In this document: in pieces, positions 24,373 through 37,116 of the stretch
Layout: each line of letters begins with the position of its first letter
Position numbering within the stretch: position 1 is the stretch's first letter
From: Catajapyx aquilonaris
Taxonomy: Eukaryota
Assembly: GCA_000934665.2 (NCBI GenBank)
Contig: KZ538825.1
Coordinates: 1 to 45,949, forward strand
Direction: 5' to 3'
Length of the DNA stretch: 45,949 nt
Notes under the pieces: generated by a model
What the model was told of the DNA's origin: nothing
What the model saw: the letters and a program-made list of their open reading frames with translations, nothing else
The model's database searches: none
Position numbers and translations under genes: made by a program

Positions 24373-27300
24373 ATGATGGAAAACGGAAGAGGGGTGGAGG
24401 TGATGGTGCTTAGAATATGTCGCATGCTTGAAAGGTTGGAGAAGAAGATGGATCGGGTTGGGCTGAACGTGGAGGAGATAAAGAGAAGGGTGGCAACTAT
24501 AGAGGGTATCATTCAGGGAGAGGAACTGGGGAGGACAATTGGTGAGCTAGTACGACTCTGCCAGGCGATGCTGTAGAATGAAAAGCTTTTCTCCACAGGT
24601 GGTCAGTTCCAAGTGGATACTGCAGCTCAAACTTCAAGTTACGATGACTTTGTATCACAACCCATCCAAATTGCACCTGAGGTTATCCCAGAAGGAATGG
24701 GGGTTCAGGTCATGGAATGCAGTAGCAACATGCTGACTGGGGTAGGGTGTTATACTCTTATACTATGTATGAGATTGCATCATGTGAGAGAGGATTAATT
24801 AATATTCAATAGTATGCTATTTGCCACTAATATCTGATGCAACATTCCAAAGCCACTTTCCATTAGTTCCGTTAACATGTATTACTTTAAAGTGTAAATT
24901 TACATTAACATACTGTAAGTGGTTCACGCTGCCAAATCCTAGGCAGACATTAATAATTTCAGTAATGGAAATAAAGTGGGCTCTACGCAGGTGATCCGAC
25001 TCTGACATTGGATCCGACACGGAATGCCATTTACACTGAAGGTCTGATGGTCGAATCCGGTCGGAGTCGGACTGACTGCGTAGAGCCCACTTAAGGCCCC
25101 TAATTTAATGACCATATTGAATTGATAGTGTGTTGTTAATAGAAATTTGCATTTTTCATCCATACAGGTGATTATAAAGTGTATGCCTGTTGTTATCCAT
25201 ACGGGCTTAAGTATTGACAATAACATACCAAAATTTATGTTCTTGTAGTTGACGCTTACTAGTAGTAATTTTGCTTGTTATTGTCTTTAACATGGAGCCA
25301 TTTCATCCTTAGCCATTGAAACAAGAGCTGGTAGACTTGGGAGAAGAAAGTGACCATGCAAGTGAAAATATGAATCCTACCAGTGAGGACCAGAGGGAAG
25401 GCGTAATTAGTGTTCATCCCAAGATGAAGTCTGGGGCATCAAACAAAGAGGTGAGAAGAGTTAAAGCAGGTTTTGACAAAGCAATGACTTTGTTAGTGGG
25501 TGGGGCATGCAGCTTCCTCCCAAGTTCAAAATATCTTTGACACCAATGTCCAAATGCAGGTCGCATGCAGCACTGCTACCACTACCTTGCAATGAATTTG
25601 GGGCACGGAGTTTGATGGGTGACCTAACCTAATCTGAGGACACTGATTGCAGATCTGCATTCCATGTCTTCCTATCATGTATGGTTTTCTTGTGAATGAG
25701 ATTAGAAGTCACCCATCGCATTCTATTCTGCAGAAATTTTTTAAAATTTCGCCAGGTAGCATAATCTACAGTGCACTAATGAGTTGCGCCATGCTTGATA
25801 CATGATACATCGGTAAGATTCTTGTGTGCTTCTGAAAAGAAAACACTGTTATGTTCAGACTTTAGAGCATAATATCTTGAGTTATTGCACAATGACAATA
25901 ATTATTACCACATACACTTCAACAAGCTGCAATTTATTGTGTGTCATGCATAAATTGTGGATAATGATTGCCATTTTCACTTTCTCTCAGCAGAGAAAGA
26001 GGTCCGGCTCTGTAGCACAGGATGGTGAATGTGATAGTCAAGTTATGACAAGTAGTCGTCAAGTCAGCTCACAAACAGGGAATTTGACCAAGACCACGGG
26101 TTTCCAAAAAAATAACATAACATCTTGCACCAGGGTTTATGAGAAGAAGAACTTTGTGAGGTCTGATATGGAATTGGAACAGTACTACAGTTGTGTTATG
26201 TGCGGGAGAAAATTTGCTTCCATGACTGATCTGACAAGCCACATGAAGTTTTGGCATACAAGGAAGAAGCAACAAGCTACGAGCATGCCTGATGAAAATC
26301 TGGAGAGTCAATCAACATTACAAACACTGCCAAATGAAACTCCAGTTATGAATGAGACAGTGTGGGTACAAGAAACAGTACTGAGTGGCACTATGGATAT
26401 TGAGGTAATGAATGCAACGTTTAGTTATTACAGTAAAATATGTGTCACAGAATCTGGATTTAGTATAAACAAGTGTGTGACGTAATTTTTGTTTGGTCCC
26501 AGCCAGTCCCAGCAGAGGATTTTCAATGTATATTTCGCTGCACATTATCGACAGATTATGACATACACTGGGGAAGCCATTTAGAGTAAAGGGAGAAATT
26601 TAAGAGTCTCTTTGCACTTCAGGAATCTTGGCAGCCGGAGATTGTAGATGTGACATCAAACAACAGCGCAGGCACTGAAAACTCTTCAGAAGAACATCCC
26701 ATCAACATTCCTGAAGAGGGATTTTCTGGAGGGCAAGTAAAATTAGTTCCAGCAGAAAAGGTGGGTTCATGTTCTGCAAAGTGATGCTTGTGCTTATGAT
26801 GGGATTCAATTAGTTCTTCAGATGTCAAGGGGAAAAAAAGGACTGATAATGACTTGTCTGCTGCACTAATCCAACCAGTAACCATTTTGTCTAAAATATT
26901 TTCTGAAAGGTCCCGTACACCAAATTTGATCAATGGGTTGGTGAAACTTTTTGAAGCGTTAATGTTTGTTCCTTGACCATGTCCACGTACGGCTTGCTGC
27001 CTCTTGTCTTATTCTTATTCTCACCAACATAGGATCCTGTGGCACATTTGCAGTTTGATATGAAGACCAGAACTCAGAGGAGGAAGAAAAGGCAATTGGG
27101 AAGTGAGGAGGTAGATGTCATATTTTCAGTCTCATCAGATGGAGGTCACGAGACATGGAATTCAAACCAGACCACAGCAAGTGGAATAGGTGTGCCTAAA
27201 AGAGGGAAACCTTTTACTAGGAAACGGCATCTAATTTGTCCAGTGTGTTACTACATTGCCAAGGACAGATTCACTTTGACGAATCATATGAGGATTCACA

Positions 27301-27500
27301 CAGGGGAGAGACCTTTTCAATGTGAAGAGTGCAAGAAGTGCTTTAATCAAAAGAGTGCTATGACACAACACTTCAGGACTATTCACTTAGGGATCAAGAA
27401 ATATGAATGTCATGTATGTGGCTCTAAGTATGGGTTCTCTTCATCACTCAAAGATCACATGAAACGCCATCATGTTACGATAACTTATACCTGTAGCTGA
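24373..27500 (+). CDS. Coiled-coil/C2H2 zinc-finger protein, paralogue 2 (~489 aa, 1+3 fingers)
   Basis: Predicted exons 24373-24541, 24599-24741, 25313-25450, 25991-26404, 26623-26760, 27033-27500; GT-AG, phases 1,0,0,0,0. Exon 1 MLER...RVATIEG; finger CVMC..HMKFWH; last-exon fingers homologous to paralogue 1 (YIAKD.FT...HMR.HTGE.PF.CE.C). Confidence 0.8.
24975..25091. mobile_element. PIF/Harbinger-like MITE in intron 2 of paralogue 2
   Basis: taa|agtgggctctacgcag ... ctgcgtagagcccact|taa: perfect 16-bp TIR with TAA duplication. Confidence 0.8.
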
Positions 27501-27580
27501 GAGACTTCAGGCCTAGGAAAGGCCGTTTCTATTGGCATAATCACAAAGAGCAGAATAAGATGCCATTCATAGGTATGTTG

Positions 27581-27923
27581 GGGGAGGCGGAGTGGTGCTG
27601 CGGTAACGCACGCGCCCACGGATGTTAAGGTCCCGGGTTCGATCCCAGCCCGGGGTTCCCCCCTTCATCTCGTGCAGAGTTGGGCCATCTCTGGCTTCGT
27701 CTCGGGTGGAAATTTCCGCTAGACTAATCCACCCGGGGGAGTTCACAAAATGACCAATATACGATATTGCACTTGCACTTTGCACATCCCCTCCTACTTA
27801 CCCTTGGAACAATTAAAACATACACATTATGTATGGCTCCAAACATGGTTGTGTCCCACTCCCCTAACAAGGGCCAGGGCCTGATAATGGGGTACAGTAA
27901 AAAAATAAAATTAAAAAAAAAAA
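27581..27923 (+). mobile_element. Full-length tRNA-derived SINE (family A) with A-rich tail
   Basis: A-box tggtgctgcgg, B-box ggttcgatccc (27636-27646); body shared with 14995-15333; A-rich tail 27898-27923; imperfect TSD ag(g/c)tatgttg at 27571-27580 and 27925-27934. Confidence 0.9.
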
Positions 27924-29117
27924 CAGCTATGTTGAGAGATAAACAAGTCATAGTTTCATAAAAGTGCTCTGTAAATATGTCTCCTTGGTCATTTTGTTAG
28001 GCAATGGATAGAAGTTTAATGATAATTACGTAAGTCAAAGTTAAACTTCCAATTGCATATTACCAAAAATAAATCTACATATTCCTGTAGCAAGAACCAT
28101 GTTCAAAATTTAACGTTGTTGCATAAGGAAACTAGCAGCAGAACCGTTCTTCACATGGCCTGTTACCATAATCTCCCTAAATTTACTGCAAAAAAAAAAA
28201 CTGGTTACAATAATTGCAGACCAATCTGTTCAGATATGACTGATTTCATGATTTTGTGTCTTACCAATCCAGTTTGTGTTCTCTAGTAGTGGCCAAAAAA
28301 TATTCACAAAAATGTGAATTACAGGGCGATTAGTTTCCTGCAGAAGGCTGTTTTTTAATGTAGCTGGAGAGTTTGAACATTGAAAATATATGTATATCGG
28401 ATGATGCTTTACTTCATGAGAAGTAATCTGCAAACGATATGTTGAAAATGTCTGCCACCAGTTTCCAGGAATATTTTGTGATGCTACCAAAGAGCTGGAT
28501 GCTACATACCCCCACCCCCCNNNNCCCCCCCCCCCCCCCAAAAAAAAATACTGCCATCTCACATTTTTCTTGTTGTCTCTTTCATCTGTTCAGATGTCCC
28601 AGATCAGTTCTTGTGGATTTTTAGCAAGAAGTTGAATGGCTAGTAATTATAGTGCAACCTCCAGCAATTTTCATCAAAGCATAATTTATTTTCCTATCTA
28701 ATTTATCTCATTCATGTAGGACTGCCATTTCCTGATGTGGCGTTACAGTATTTTCAGTGGATGACCCCCCTTACTATTGCAGGAATGGAACCCAGCAGAG
28801 TATTCTACAGAAAATGTTTTTTTACAAGTGTCATTTGCGAGTATGACTACTGGAGAAGGGGTACAGTTGCACTTTAATGTAAGCCACGTGGAAGTATTAT
28901 GGATTACCGAGTAAACATTCTCACGCCCTCCTTTCTTCCAGCCAGTCAGGTAATGTAGGGTATGAAACGGTATCCAGCCACCGTAACTTTAAAACATATG
29001 AGTTTTGGAACATAAAAATGTCATTTATTTCCACTTAAATGCTTCCGACAAAATCCACAACTGCATAAAATTTGTTCCAAATAAATGAGCAGGTACTTTA
29101 GCTGCACTAAAACTTTC

Positions 29118-30661
29118 TTAAGTATTTTCAGGGCCTTCAACCCTGATGACAATGTCAATCCTGTTCTTCTGAAGAACATCAGCATTCTTATCATACCTGC
29201 AATCTAAGTCATGCTTTCGTTGATGCATTTTTGCTGATACATGCTTGAGTTCCTGGACCACCCCGGCTAGACTCTGCTGATGGCGTCTGATTCGCTCTTC
29301 CTCACCTTTAAGCATTGGGTTTGGTTGTCCTTTGCAAGCCCATGTTATCTGAGCTTCCCGTTCTTCCAGGATCAGCTGCATTAAGCACGATTCCTGTTGC
29401 AGCTTATGAATCCATTCCCGCACATACTCTATATGCACCTCCATGATGCCCCCCTGGAATTTCTTCTCTTCATGTAGGATGTTCCACTGGAGGTCTAGAA
29501 GTAGGTGAATTTCAGTCAGATCCTTGGGCTGTGGAGATGATGACTTCACCTCATCAGCAATGGCTGCCATAAGATGACTCTTCATTTGTTCAGCTCTCTC
29601 TTTCTCTTTCTGCAACCAAAAAGGTTCGTGAATATCTTGCCCATAATTGCCCATGGAATGTTGTCAGTCTCATTTCTCTTTGCCAGGTAACCCAAGGAAA
29701 ATAATTTCTAATGCACGTAGACTTGACCTTGGAGGATAGCGTGAACTCTTGCGATTTAGGCCCTAATACATGTCCAGACAGCCATATGAGAACAAGTCTA
29801 AAGGTGTGTTTACATGTACAGGATATTTGACGAGCGAAATCTTCGTCGAGGCTGAAATCAACAATCGATTTTCGCCTCAAACAATATTGGTTACTTGGGT
29901 TACTCAGTCTCAGCGAAGACTTCGCTCGTCAAATCGCTCACATGTAAACGCACCTTAAAAATTCTAAATGAAATGTAGTAGAACCCTGTTTATCCGACCG
30001 TCCCACTCCAGCAATGTTTGCTCATCAAATACTGTACTGCCGGCCTACTAATAATTTGTTTAGTATTCCCTTAGTTACATTCTAAACAGCAGCGCATGTA
30101 TGTAAAAGATTAATACGTCACTATTTCTTAGAAAAGCGCAAAATTGTGCATTATTTCATGGTTTTTAAATGCTTTTCTTTGTGTTTTCCTTTGGTCCTCG
30201 GATAATCCGACCTTTTCTGTTATCCGCCAATGCCCCAGTCCCATGGGTGACGGATAATCGGGGTTCTACTGTCAAATAAAGGTAACCAGACCAAATACTT
30301 CAAATAAAACATGCTCAACCTGCAGATACGTCAGCGAGTTCTGACATCCATCCGCCGCATTCTGCAGCTTGACCACTAGGAATTCCTCCCGCTTTTTCAA
30401 CTGCTTATCATTGAAGACAGCCCGCTGCCAGATTGCCTGCTGCTCAGGAGTGAAATACTTCTGGGCCGCCTTAAGTTTCTCCATCTGTTTGAAATGCTGC
30501 GACTGCATCTCTCTGTGCCTCATCAGGACCCCTTCCAAACCATTATTCTCCTGCTTGCAAACCTTCTTCACCATATCTTCATGCTTCAGTATGACTTGTA
30601 CGTACTGGAGGTACAGTTGTTCCACTCTCTCAGCCAGATCTGCCAGATGTTCATTGCTCAT
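29118..30661 (-). CDS. Two-coding-exon, all-helical/coiled-coil protein of unknown function (~277 aa), antisense within the ZF cluster
   Basis: Exon A 30661-30320 (caaacaaaATG; ends TYLQ|gttgag) and exon B 29609-29118 (tttttggttgcag|KEKERAEQ) join in phase 0; minus-strand AATAAA at 29024-29029; E/Q/K/L-rich heptad composition throughout. Confidence 0.7.
29802..29955. mobile_element. PIF/Harbinger-like MITE (related partial copy at ~36795-36964)
   Basis: taa|aggtgtgtttacatgt ... acatgtaaacgcacct|taa; aacaatattggttac and gacttcgct.gtcaaatcgctcacatgtaaacg recur at 36.9 kb. Confidence 0.8.
29976..30271. mobile_element. pogo/Tigger-like MITE in the intron of the antisense gene
   Basis: agtagaaccctgtttatccg ... 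cggataatcggggttctactg terminal inverted repeats. Confidence 0.7.
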
Positions 30662-31126
30662 TTTGTTTGGGGTGGGGTTTTTGTTGACTATGGTTGACAG
30701 GTGCTATTGCAGATGATGGAATGTCCTACAGTGTTTGCCTGTAAAGTGTTTCAATAAGTCATACAATATGTTCACCTGCTGCAAGAAACTTGTACAAACC
30801 GGCAAGTTGTTTCAATCCTTCTCTTATCAAGTAAAAAAAGTGAAAAGTTGAGGCGGCCATGTTGGATGTAATTAGCTGCAAAGCTGTGTACTAAGTTTAA
30901 TTGCAGAAAATCAGTACGCATAACCCCCAAAAATAGTGCAGAAAAATATTGCAAATTTTTAAAAAATTTATATGCGTATGAAAAAAACTTTGCCAGCCGC
31001 ATGAACGCACCTTTTACATCAGTTCAAGATACAGCGGTCAGAATGTGGTTTACAAAATGGCGTCTTTCTAGTTAGGAAAAGGTTGAGTGATTTGTTGCCA
31101 CGATTTTTCATTTTTGAGGGGGTAAG

Positions 31127-33341
31127 ATGGCTGTACCGTGGGCGCAGGTGCTTCGGCTGCTGGAGAGGAGTCTGGCCAAGTCGGATATAATAGAGAAGAA
31201 GGTGGATCTGGTCGTTTTGAAGGTGGATGAGGTTGTGAAGAGGGTTGAGGATGTTGAGAGGAGGGTTGGAGCGATTGAGGATCTCATTAGGATAAGAGGT
31301 TAGGATGCTGTGATGGCTGATCGATGCAGCACCACAATATTCATGGTCATTTAAGCATCGTTATGATATGGTTATGCCTTTACAGATACACAGCATGTGC
31401 GAGCCGCTGAAGGACGTATTGATGAAGAGTGTAAACAGATGATGCAACTGCAAGAAGCGCAAGTGTCAAATGATGACAGATCTGATTTTCATGATGGAGC
31501 ATTTTTCAATGAAGCGGAGCTACACAATCAGGACTTTGAACAGGTGAAGGTCGAGGCAGGGGGTGGGGTTCCCCGTCCCCCTCCTTATGCTGACAGGTGG
31601 AAACTTATGAGAAAGCTTATTGAATAATTTGGGTTGTAGACAAAGGCTTAGCAGAAGAATGAAAAACCAACTCCATATTTGTATTTAAAAATAACTAAAC
31701 ATCCCTATGATATACTAGATTCTACATGTCACTTCAAAAAGATTTGTACAAATTAGTGTTGTCCGATTGACACTGCACTGGCTACACTCGGTGTAGGGAG
31801 GTGACGTCACAGTGCAGCGAGTGTGACCCAGCACTGGGGCCTCGAATCGGACACCAGCATGATATGATACATAAGCCGCCATCTTGCCAGCCCGTCTTCG
31901 CGCCTTACACCGCCTGCCCCACCTTCTCCACTGGTGCAGCGAGTGCAGCCCCCCGCTTGCACTGGTGCAGTTACACTGGCGAATCGGACACGCTGCTCCC
32001 GGTGAATCGGACGCTTTTTCCTGCACGAGTGTACACTGGCTACACCAGTGCAATCAATCGGACAACACTATAGATCACATGTAAGTTTTTTGAAAGTCGT
32101 TTGTGCGGGCTAGCAAAGTATGTCTTTGATTCCTTACTACTACCCCGCCTTGTGATGATATGCTAATATGCTAACATGGTGATTTAATATCATGCAGTTT
32201 ACTGGTAGTCTGTAGGTTTTTATTTTACAGCTATGCAATAACGGCTAGGCACGTTTTTTTCTCCATTAATTTTCTGTAGGAGGACTGGAAGCCTGATATT
32301 AACAGGACAAGAGATTGTGAATCAAATGAAGTGGATAATGTGCTGGAGGGTCCCATTGCACGTGAGCATGCAGCACTTCATGCAAATGCAGGTGAAAGTG
32401 TAAGTGTGGCGCAAAATTATATATTTTTTCTGGTTTACTACTGTTGTATACTGCATAGGAACTTGTCCATTATGGAAATTTTACAGTGTTTGCAGTATGT
32501 ACCGATTTCAACCTCTGTTATGCAGAATTCTGCAATGTTGAGAAATACATCCGTTAGCATTGTAATTTCTGAAAGGCAACCCTGTCGTGCAACACAGCAG
32601 CATATCAAATCATGCCAATGACAAGCAGGGTCAGTAATAACATGCCATAATGTGTCTCAATATCTAACCTTACAGGTTAATCAGCAACAGCTTAATCACA
32701 GGGCAGACCAGGACGTGCTTCAATTTGCTACAATGCGCCGTCTAGATACATGTGAGCCAATGATTGACACAAATGGAAGTGGCTTGGTGGTCAGCAGCTC
32801 TGAAGCAGAGGAGCAAACCATTAGAATAGTCAAGAAGAGCAACCAACCAGCTGAGAGTGCTTTTGATGGTTCTGGGACTTCAGGGACGTCGCACTGGATA
32901 ACACTCGTGAAGTACAACTGTGATCAGTGTTCATTCGTTACTTCTGAGAGGAACGACATGAAAGCTCACAAGTTGGTCCACGCAGGGGAGGATTTTATAT
33001 GTCGTGTTTGTAACAAGAAGTTTTCTGACAAGGGTCCTTTAAGTGTTCACATGAAGGCTGTGCATCTTGGAATCAAGCCCTTTTCTTGCACTGTTTGCGG
33101 AAAAGCCTTTAGCAGAAAGACTACCTTGCTTAATCACATGCTGTCACATTCAGGTGAGAAGCCATTTTCTTGTGTTGTATGCAAAAAAAAGTTTCGCCAG
33201 AGGATTCACTTGACGACACATATGCGTGGTCACACTGGGGAAAAGCCATATTCTTGCAGCTTGTGCAACCAAAAATTTAGCCATAAGGGTACCTTGAAAT
33301 ACCACATTGTGCAAAAGCACTCTGAAGGGCTGCCATTGTAA
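31127..33341 (+). CDS. Coiled-coil/C2H2 zinc-finger protein, paralogue 3 (~371-375 aa, 5 fingers)
   Basis: Exon 1 (31127-31298) is below the ORF-track cutoff: MAVPWAQVLRLLERSLAKSDIIEKKVDLVVLKVDEVVKRVEDVERRVGAIEDLIRIR. Then 31386-31543 (or 31555 with a GC donor), 32280-32399, 32676-33341; phases 1,0,0; five C2H2 fingers with SGEKP/TGEKP linkers. Confidence 0.82.
31754..32070. mobile_element. MITE with 17-bp TIRs in intron 2 of paralogue 3
   Basis: tagtgttgtccgattga / tcaatcggacaacacta; internal gaatcggac and tgcactgg subrepeats. Confidence 0.75.
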
Positions 33342-33928
33342 AGATTGTGTCCTTCGTAGACGCTAGCACAGCACAAAGATTTTGGCAATGTTCTCAAAAG
33401 GTTTGAATTGTCATCATTTGGGTCACTTACATTACCTCCAATATTATGTATGGTTCCTGTAGTTGACAATTTATTGGCAGGTTTGCCCAGTGGACAAAAT
33501 ATGTCAAAAAAAGTAGTTGACAATATTAGTTTGTAGTATATTATATTGGATGTGCAGTATTGCGTTGCCCACTGTTGTATCAGAGGCCAATGTATGATAA
33601 TTGTATAATTAAAACTTATTGGGTCATGTACTGTACTGTACGGTATATACCTGAACCGTGATTAGAATTGTTGCCACTAGAGGCGCTGTGTCTGCTGGTT
33701 TTTTTCAACCAGTTTTGGGATGTTCGATGGTGCTGCCACTCTGCGGTGGATATCCCTCGTTCGTCTAACACAAGCAGAACAGTGAACACACCACACCAGC
33801 TGCTGAGTCTTCCTGTTCCAAAGGTACAAAAGGTTTGTTCCGACTTCTTCATTTCTCCTAGTGTTTTTAACGCTTCTTTGGCCGTTTCTGCAGAGGCCGA
33901 ACCTTCCCCCGACCACTGCTGAGGAGAC

Positions 33929-36169
33929 ATGGCCACCCAACAACCAACCTGGTTGCCCCACATTGTGTCCCTCCTGGAACGAAGCCTTGCGCAGACCGAC
34001 AGGATTGAGAGGACCATTGAAGAGATGGACAGGAGGATGGCCAGGATAGAAGGGTTCATCCTGAAGGAACAGGAAGGGAAGAGGAGGACTGATGCAGGTT
34101 GGGTGTACTTCTAGAGCTAGATTTTGGATTATGTTGCAACACAAACCGAGGCCACCATGGCAGCACCACCAGGTCTTTGCATTGTTGCAATTGGAGCCTT
34201 TCACATGGCGGTAGTCGCTTCCTTGGCAGCGCTGCCCACTCGCCGCCAGAAATGCTGGTGGCAGGCAGCGTGATTTTCGGCACTGCCAGCTGCTGTCAAG
34301 TGGCCATGCTGTCACGTGTTTGCATTGAATCATATGAAGGTGCGACTTTTTGCGCCGCAAGACATGCATTTTGAGGCTATAGCTCAGCTGGTAGCACATC
34401 CGTGGTGGTGAACAAATTTGTAACATGCCGCCTAATTTATGCCATGGTAGCCTGGTATGAAATAGGCGTAAGAGTTCCTGTTGTTTAAGAAATACCGGTA
34501 TGTAAAAAATGGTGTATTTTTTACAGAATCACATCTTGAGAGAGGCCCTGATGCTACTATTGAAGATTATGTGCCAGAGCAGCATCCATATGAAGTGGCT
34601 TCGAGATCTAATAGTCCTGGAAGAAATCTGGTACAAGCAACAGTTAACAGAAGTGTCAAAGTAGAGGTAACGTAGATTTTCACTTATGTGTTGAACTTAG
34701 ATTTATAGCAGGCCCCTATGAACTCGATGTTTAAGTTTATCATGTAATCGCTTGCTCATGGAAAGCCTGTACATGTTATGTCCAGAGCGGCATGTAAGTA
34801 ACCTCCAAGCATGAAGGTATGACAATCGAACCAAGTGAAAAATGATTTCCCTGAGATCTTTTAGCAATATTGAAATCTGCCATATGAAATGATGCATGAC
34901 ACCTTGATGACACACAATGCTAGTTGTCATTGAGGGTGACATGATTTTATTTGCTCAGGATTGGAGGCAGGAAATGACTGAGTTACAGCTGCAACAAAAT
35001 GAAGGAAGAGAGCCTGATAATTCTTGCTCTGCAACTGAAGATTGCTCTTGGAATGAGGCTGATAATGAGAACAACTTCAAAACTGAAGAAGAGGTACTGC
35101 TTGCGCCTCATCATGAATATGTGAGTAATGATCTTTAATTAAGTGTGGAAAGCAATGTGTCCTTTAGAGTTTAGACCAGGCCTTTAGACAACTCCTTAAT
35201 GTATGCCACAGTGTCCAGTAATTAACCCTTTGTTTCCCACGGCCATGTTGGTTGTATGATCATATGACCAAACAAAATAATAATAAAAAAAATCATTGGT
35301 ATAACCCCGACGGAAATTCCTTTCACCATAGCGAAAATTCCACTCGTAGTGTAGAGAATAGACTGTTATAAATTATAATTTTCACTCCCCTATTTTTACC
35401 AAATTTAAAAAAAAAAGTTTTTGAATCACTTTTGGAGAATGATGATGTACATTACTTATAGAGCCAGCTGCCCTCCAATGACCTTTTCCAATGTGGCATC
35501 TGCAATCAGACTTTCAACGATCCGTCTTCTCTGGAATTGTGTGTCACGTCTCATGCTGTTGTGGTTGAAGAGCAGCAGGACTTGCTGCGGGAAACTCAGC
35601 CAGAACAACTCAGCACTTTTGTTTCACAAGAAGAGACTCCTGGAAGACATGCTACTCCAAAGTGTCTACAGTCAAGTGAAAGTAACGTGACCAATTCAAG
35701 ACAAAAAGGGAAGAAAAATGTGAAGAAAGGACCTGCAACAGGTATTACTCAGCAGTTGGTCCAGTCAGCACATGGTCAGGTTCATCTAGGAGCAAGTATT
35801 TCGAAATTTTTCTGTAAATTGTGTGGTACCAACTTCACCAGTAAAAAATCTCGAGATGGTCATTTGAAAGCTATTCACCTTGGGTTAAAACCTCACTGGT
35901 GTGAGGTATGTGGAATGGCTTTCAGCCAGTCTCAGCATCTGAAGCGTCACAGATTGATCCACACAGGTGAGAGACCATTTGATTGCCCTGTGTGCCATAA
36001 ATGTTTTGCAAGAAAAGGTACCTTGAATGTGCATTTGAAAGTGCATTCAGGAGAAAAGCCATATTCTTGCAAATTTTGCAATATGAAGTTCCGCCATAGG
36101 GCTACCAAGAATACACATGTACAAAGATGTCATCTAGGAATGGCTACCCAAATTCTTTCTGGAAAATAA
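33929..36169 (+). CDS. Coiled-coil/C2H2 zinc-finger protein, paralogue 4 (~392 aa, 1 atypical + 4 fingers)
   Basis: Predicted exons 33929-34097, 34527-34666, 34959-35120, 35462-36169; GT-AG, phases 1,0,0. Exon 1 LLERSLAQTDRIERTIEEMDRRMARIEG. Confidence 0.82.
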
Positions 36170-36467
36170 CGTAGGGGAAGATTCATGACATGCATAGTTT
36201 TTGAGGGTTTCAGTATGATGTATGGAGAAAAATATCATGCAGCCTTTGTATTGAGTTAATTAGTGTATATGAACTGTGGATGTGAAATTGTGGCAACATA
36301 TTTCTTCAAGAGTCCATGATTTATTGCTAAGGGAATTTGCTCTACCTGCACCTTTTTATGTTCACAAGCTTTGGTCACACTTGTGGAAAGAGCTGGATAC
36401 CATCATTAATCAATCACTTTAATCAATGTGACATGTTCCTTGTTGTGCCTTGTAATAATTATGTTGA

Positions 36468-36690
36468 TACTAGAAAAACCCTTGCTTCACTCTCATTTTT
36501 CTATGGTGTAGGCCTAGAAAGCCACTCGCTTCGCTAATTTTTTCTAGGCCTGTGGCGGTGTATCCCGTATTGTTAATTGCTTCAGGCATAGCCAGTGATG
36601 ATGCCCATCCAACAACCATCCGCAAACTCCCTTCCCTCCGTTTTAAGGGTGCTCAGTTGTAAAAATATGGTACTGATGATGGCTCTGATG
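36468..36690. mobile_element. Dispersed repeat, possibly non-autonomous Helitron/Helentron-like (second copy ~39548-39773)
   Basis: Both copies start actagaaa(a/g)accc and share catttttctatgg..aggcctagaaagc and gatgatgccca..tccaacaaccatccg. A CTAG-type end and ctcgcttcgct suggest a rolling-circle class (inference). Confidence 0.5.
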
Positions 36691-37116
36691 CAAGAAGGCC
36701 AAGTAATTCTATGGAATGATTGTGCAACAATAGAAGGCAATTATTGTTGGCCCTCCTTTGTCATGACACCTTCCCCCCACCTCTCCACCTCCCTGAGCAA
36801 TTTGATCACGCGATGTCATTGCAGAGTGATAACATCGCTGAGTAACCCGAGTAACCAGTATTGTTTAAGGCGAAAATCGATTGTTACTTTCACCTCAAAC
36901 AATATTGGTTACGTCACTCGATGACGACTTCGCTTGTCAAATCGCTCACATGTAAACGCCACTTAAGGCTCGAGCGGGAGGGAGGGAAGGTGTGACTGGC
37001 CTTGCTATAGGTTTGCTTTTACTGTACAGTCGTCATCGTCATTGATGGTAGTGTTAATTTAATACAGCGTGTTCCTCATTTCATACAATACATAATGCAT
37101 AATTTCAGGCAGCAAT

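Noticed and set aside
27581..27655. tRNA genes here and at 37892-37965
   Set aside because: A/B boxes are present but continue into SINE bodies with tails and TSDs, and I could not form a convincing cloverleaf.
33616..34426. Minus-strand ORFs (147 and 249 aa; likewise 38740-39117 and 45387-45764)
   Set aside because: Antisense shadows of the coiled-coil exon 1; splice signals and paralogue conservation support the plus strand.
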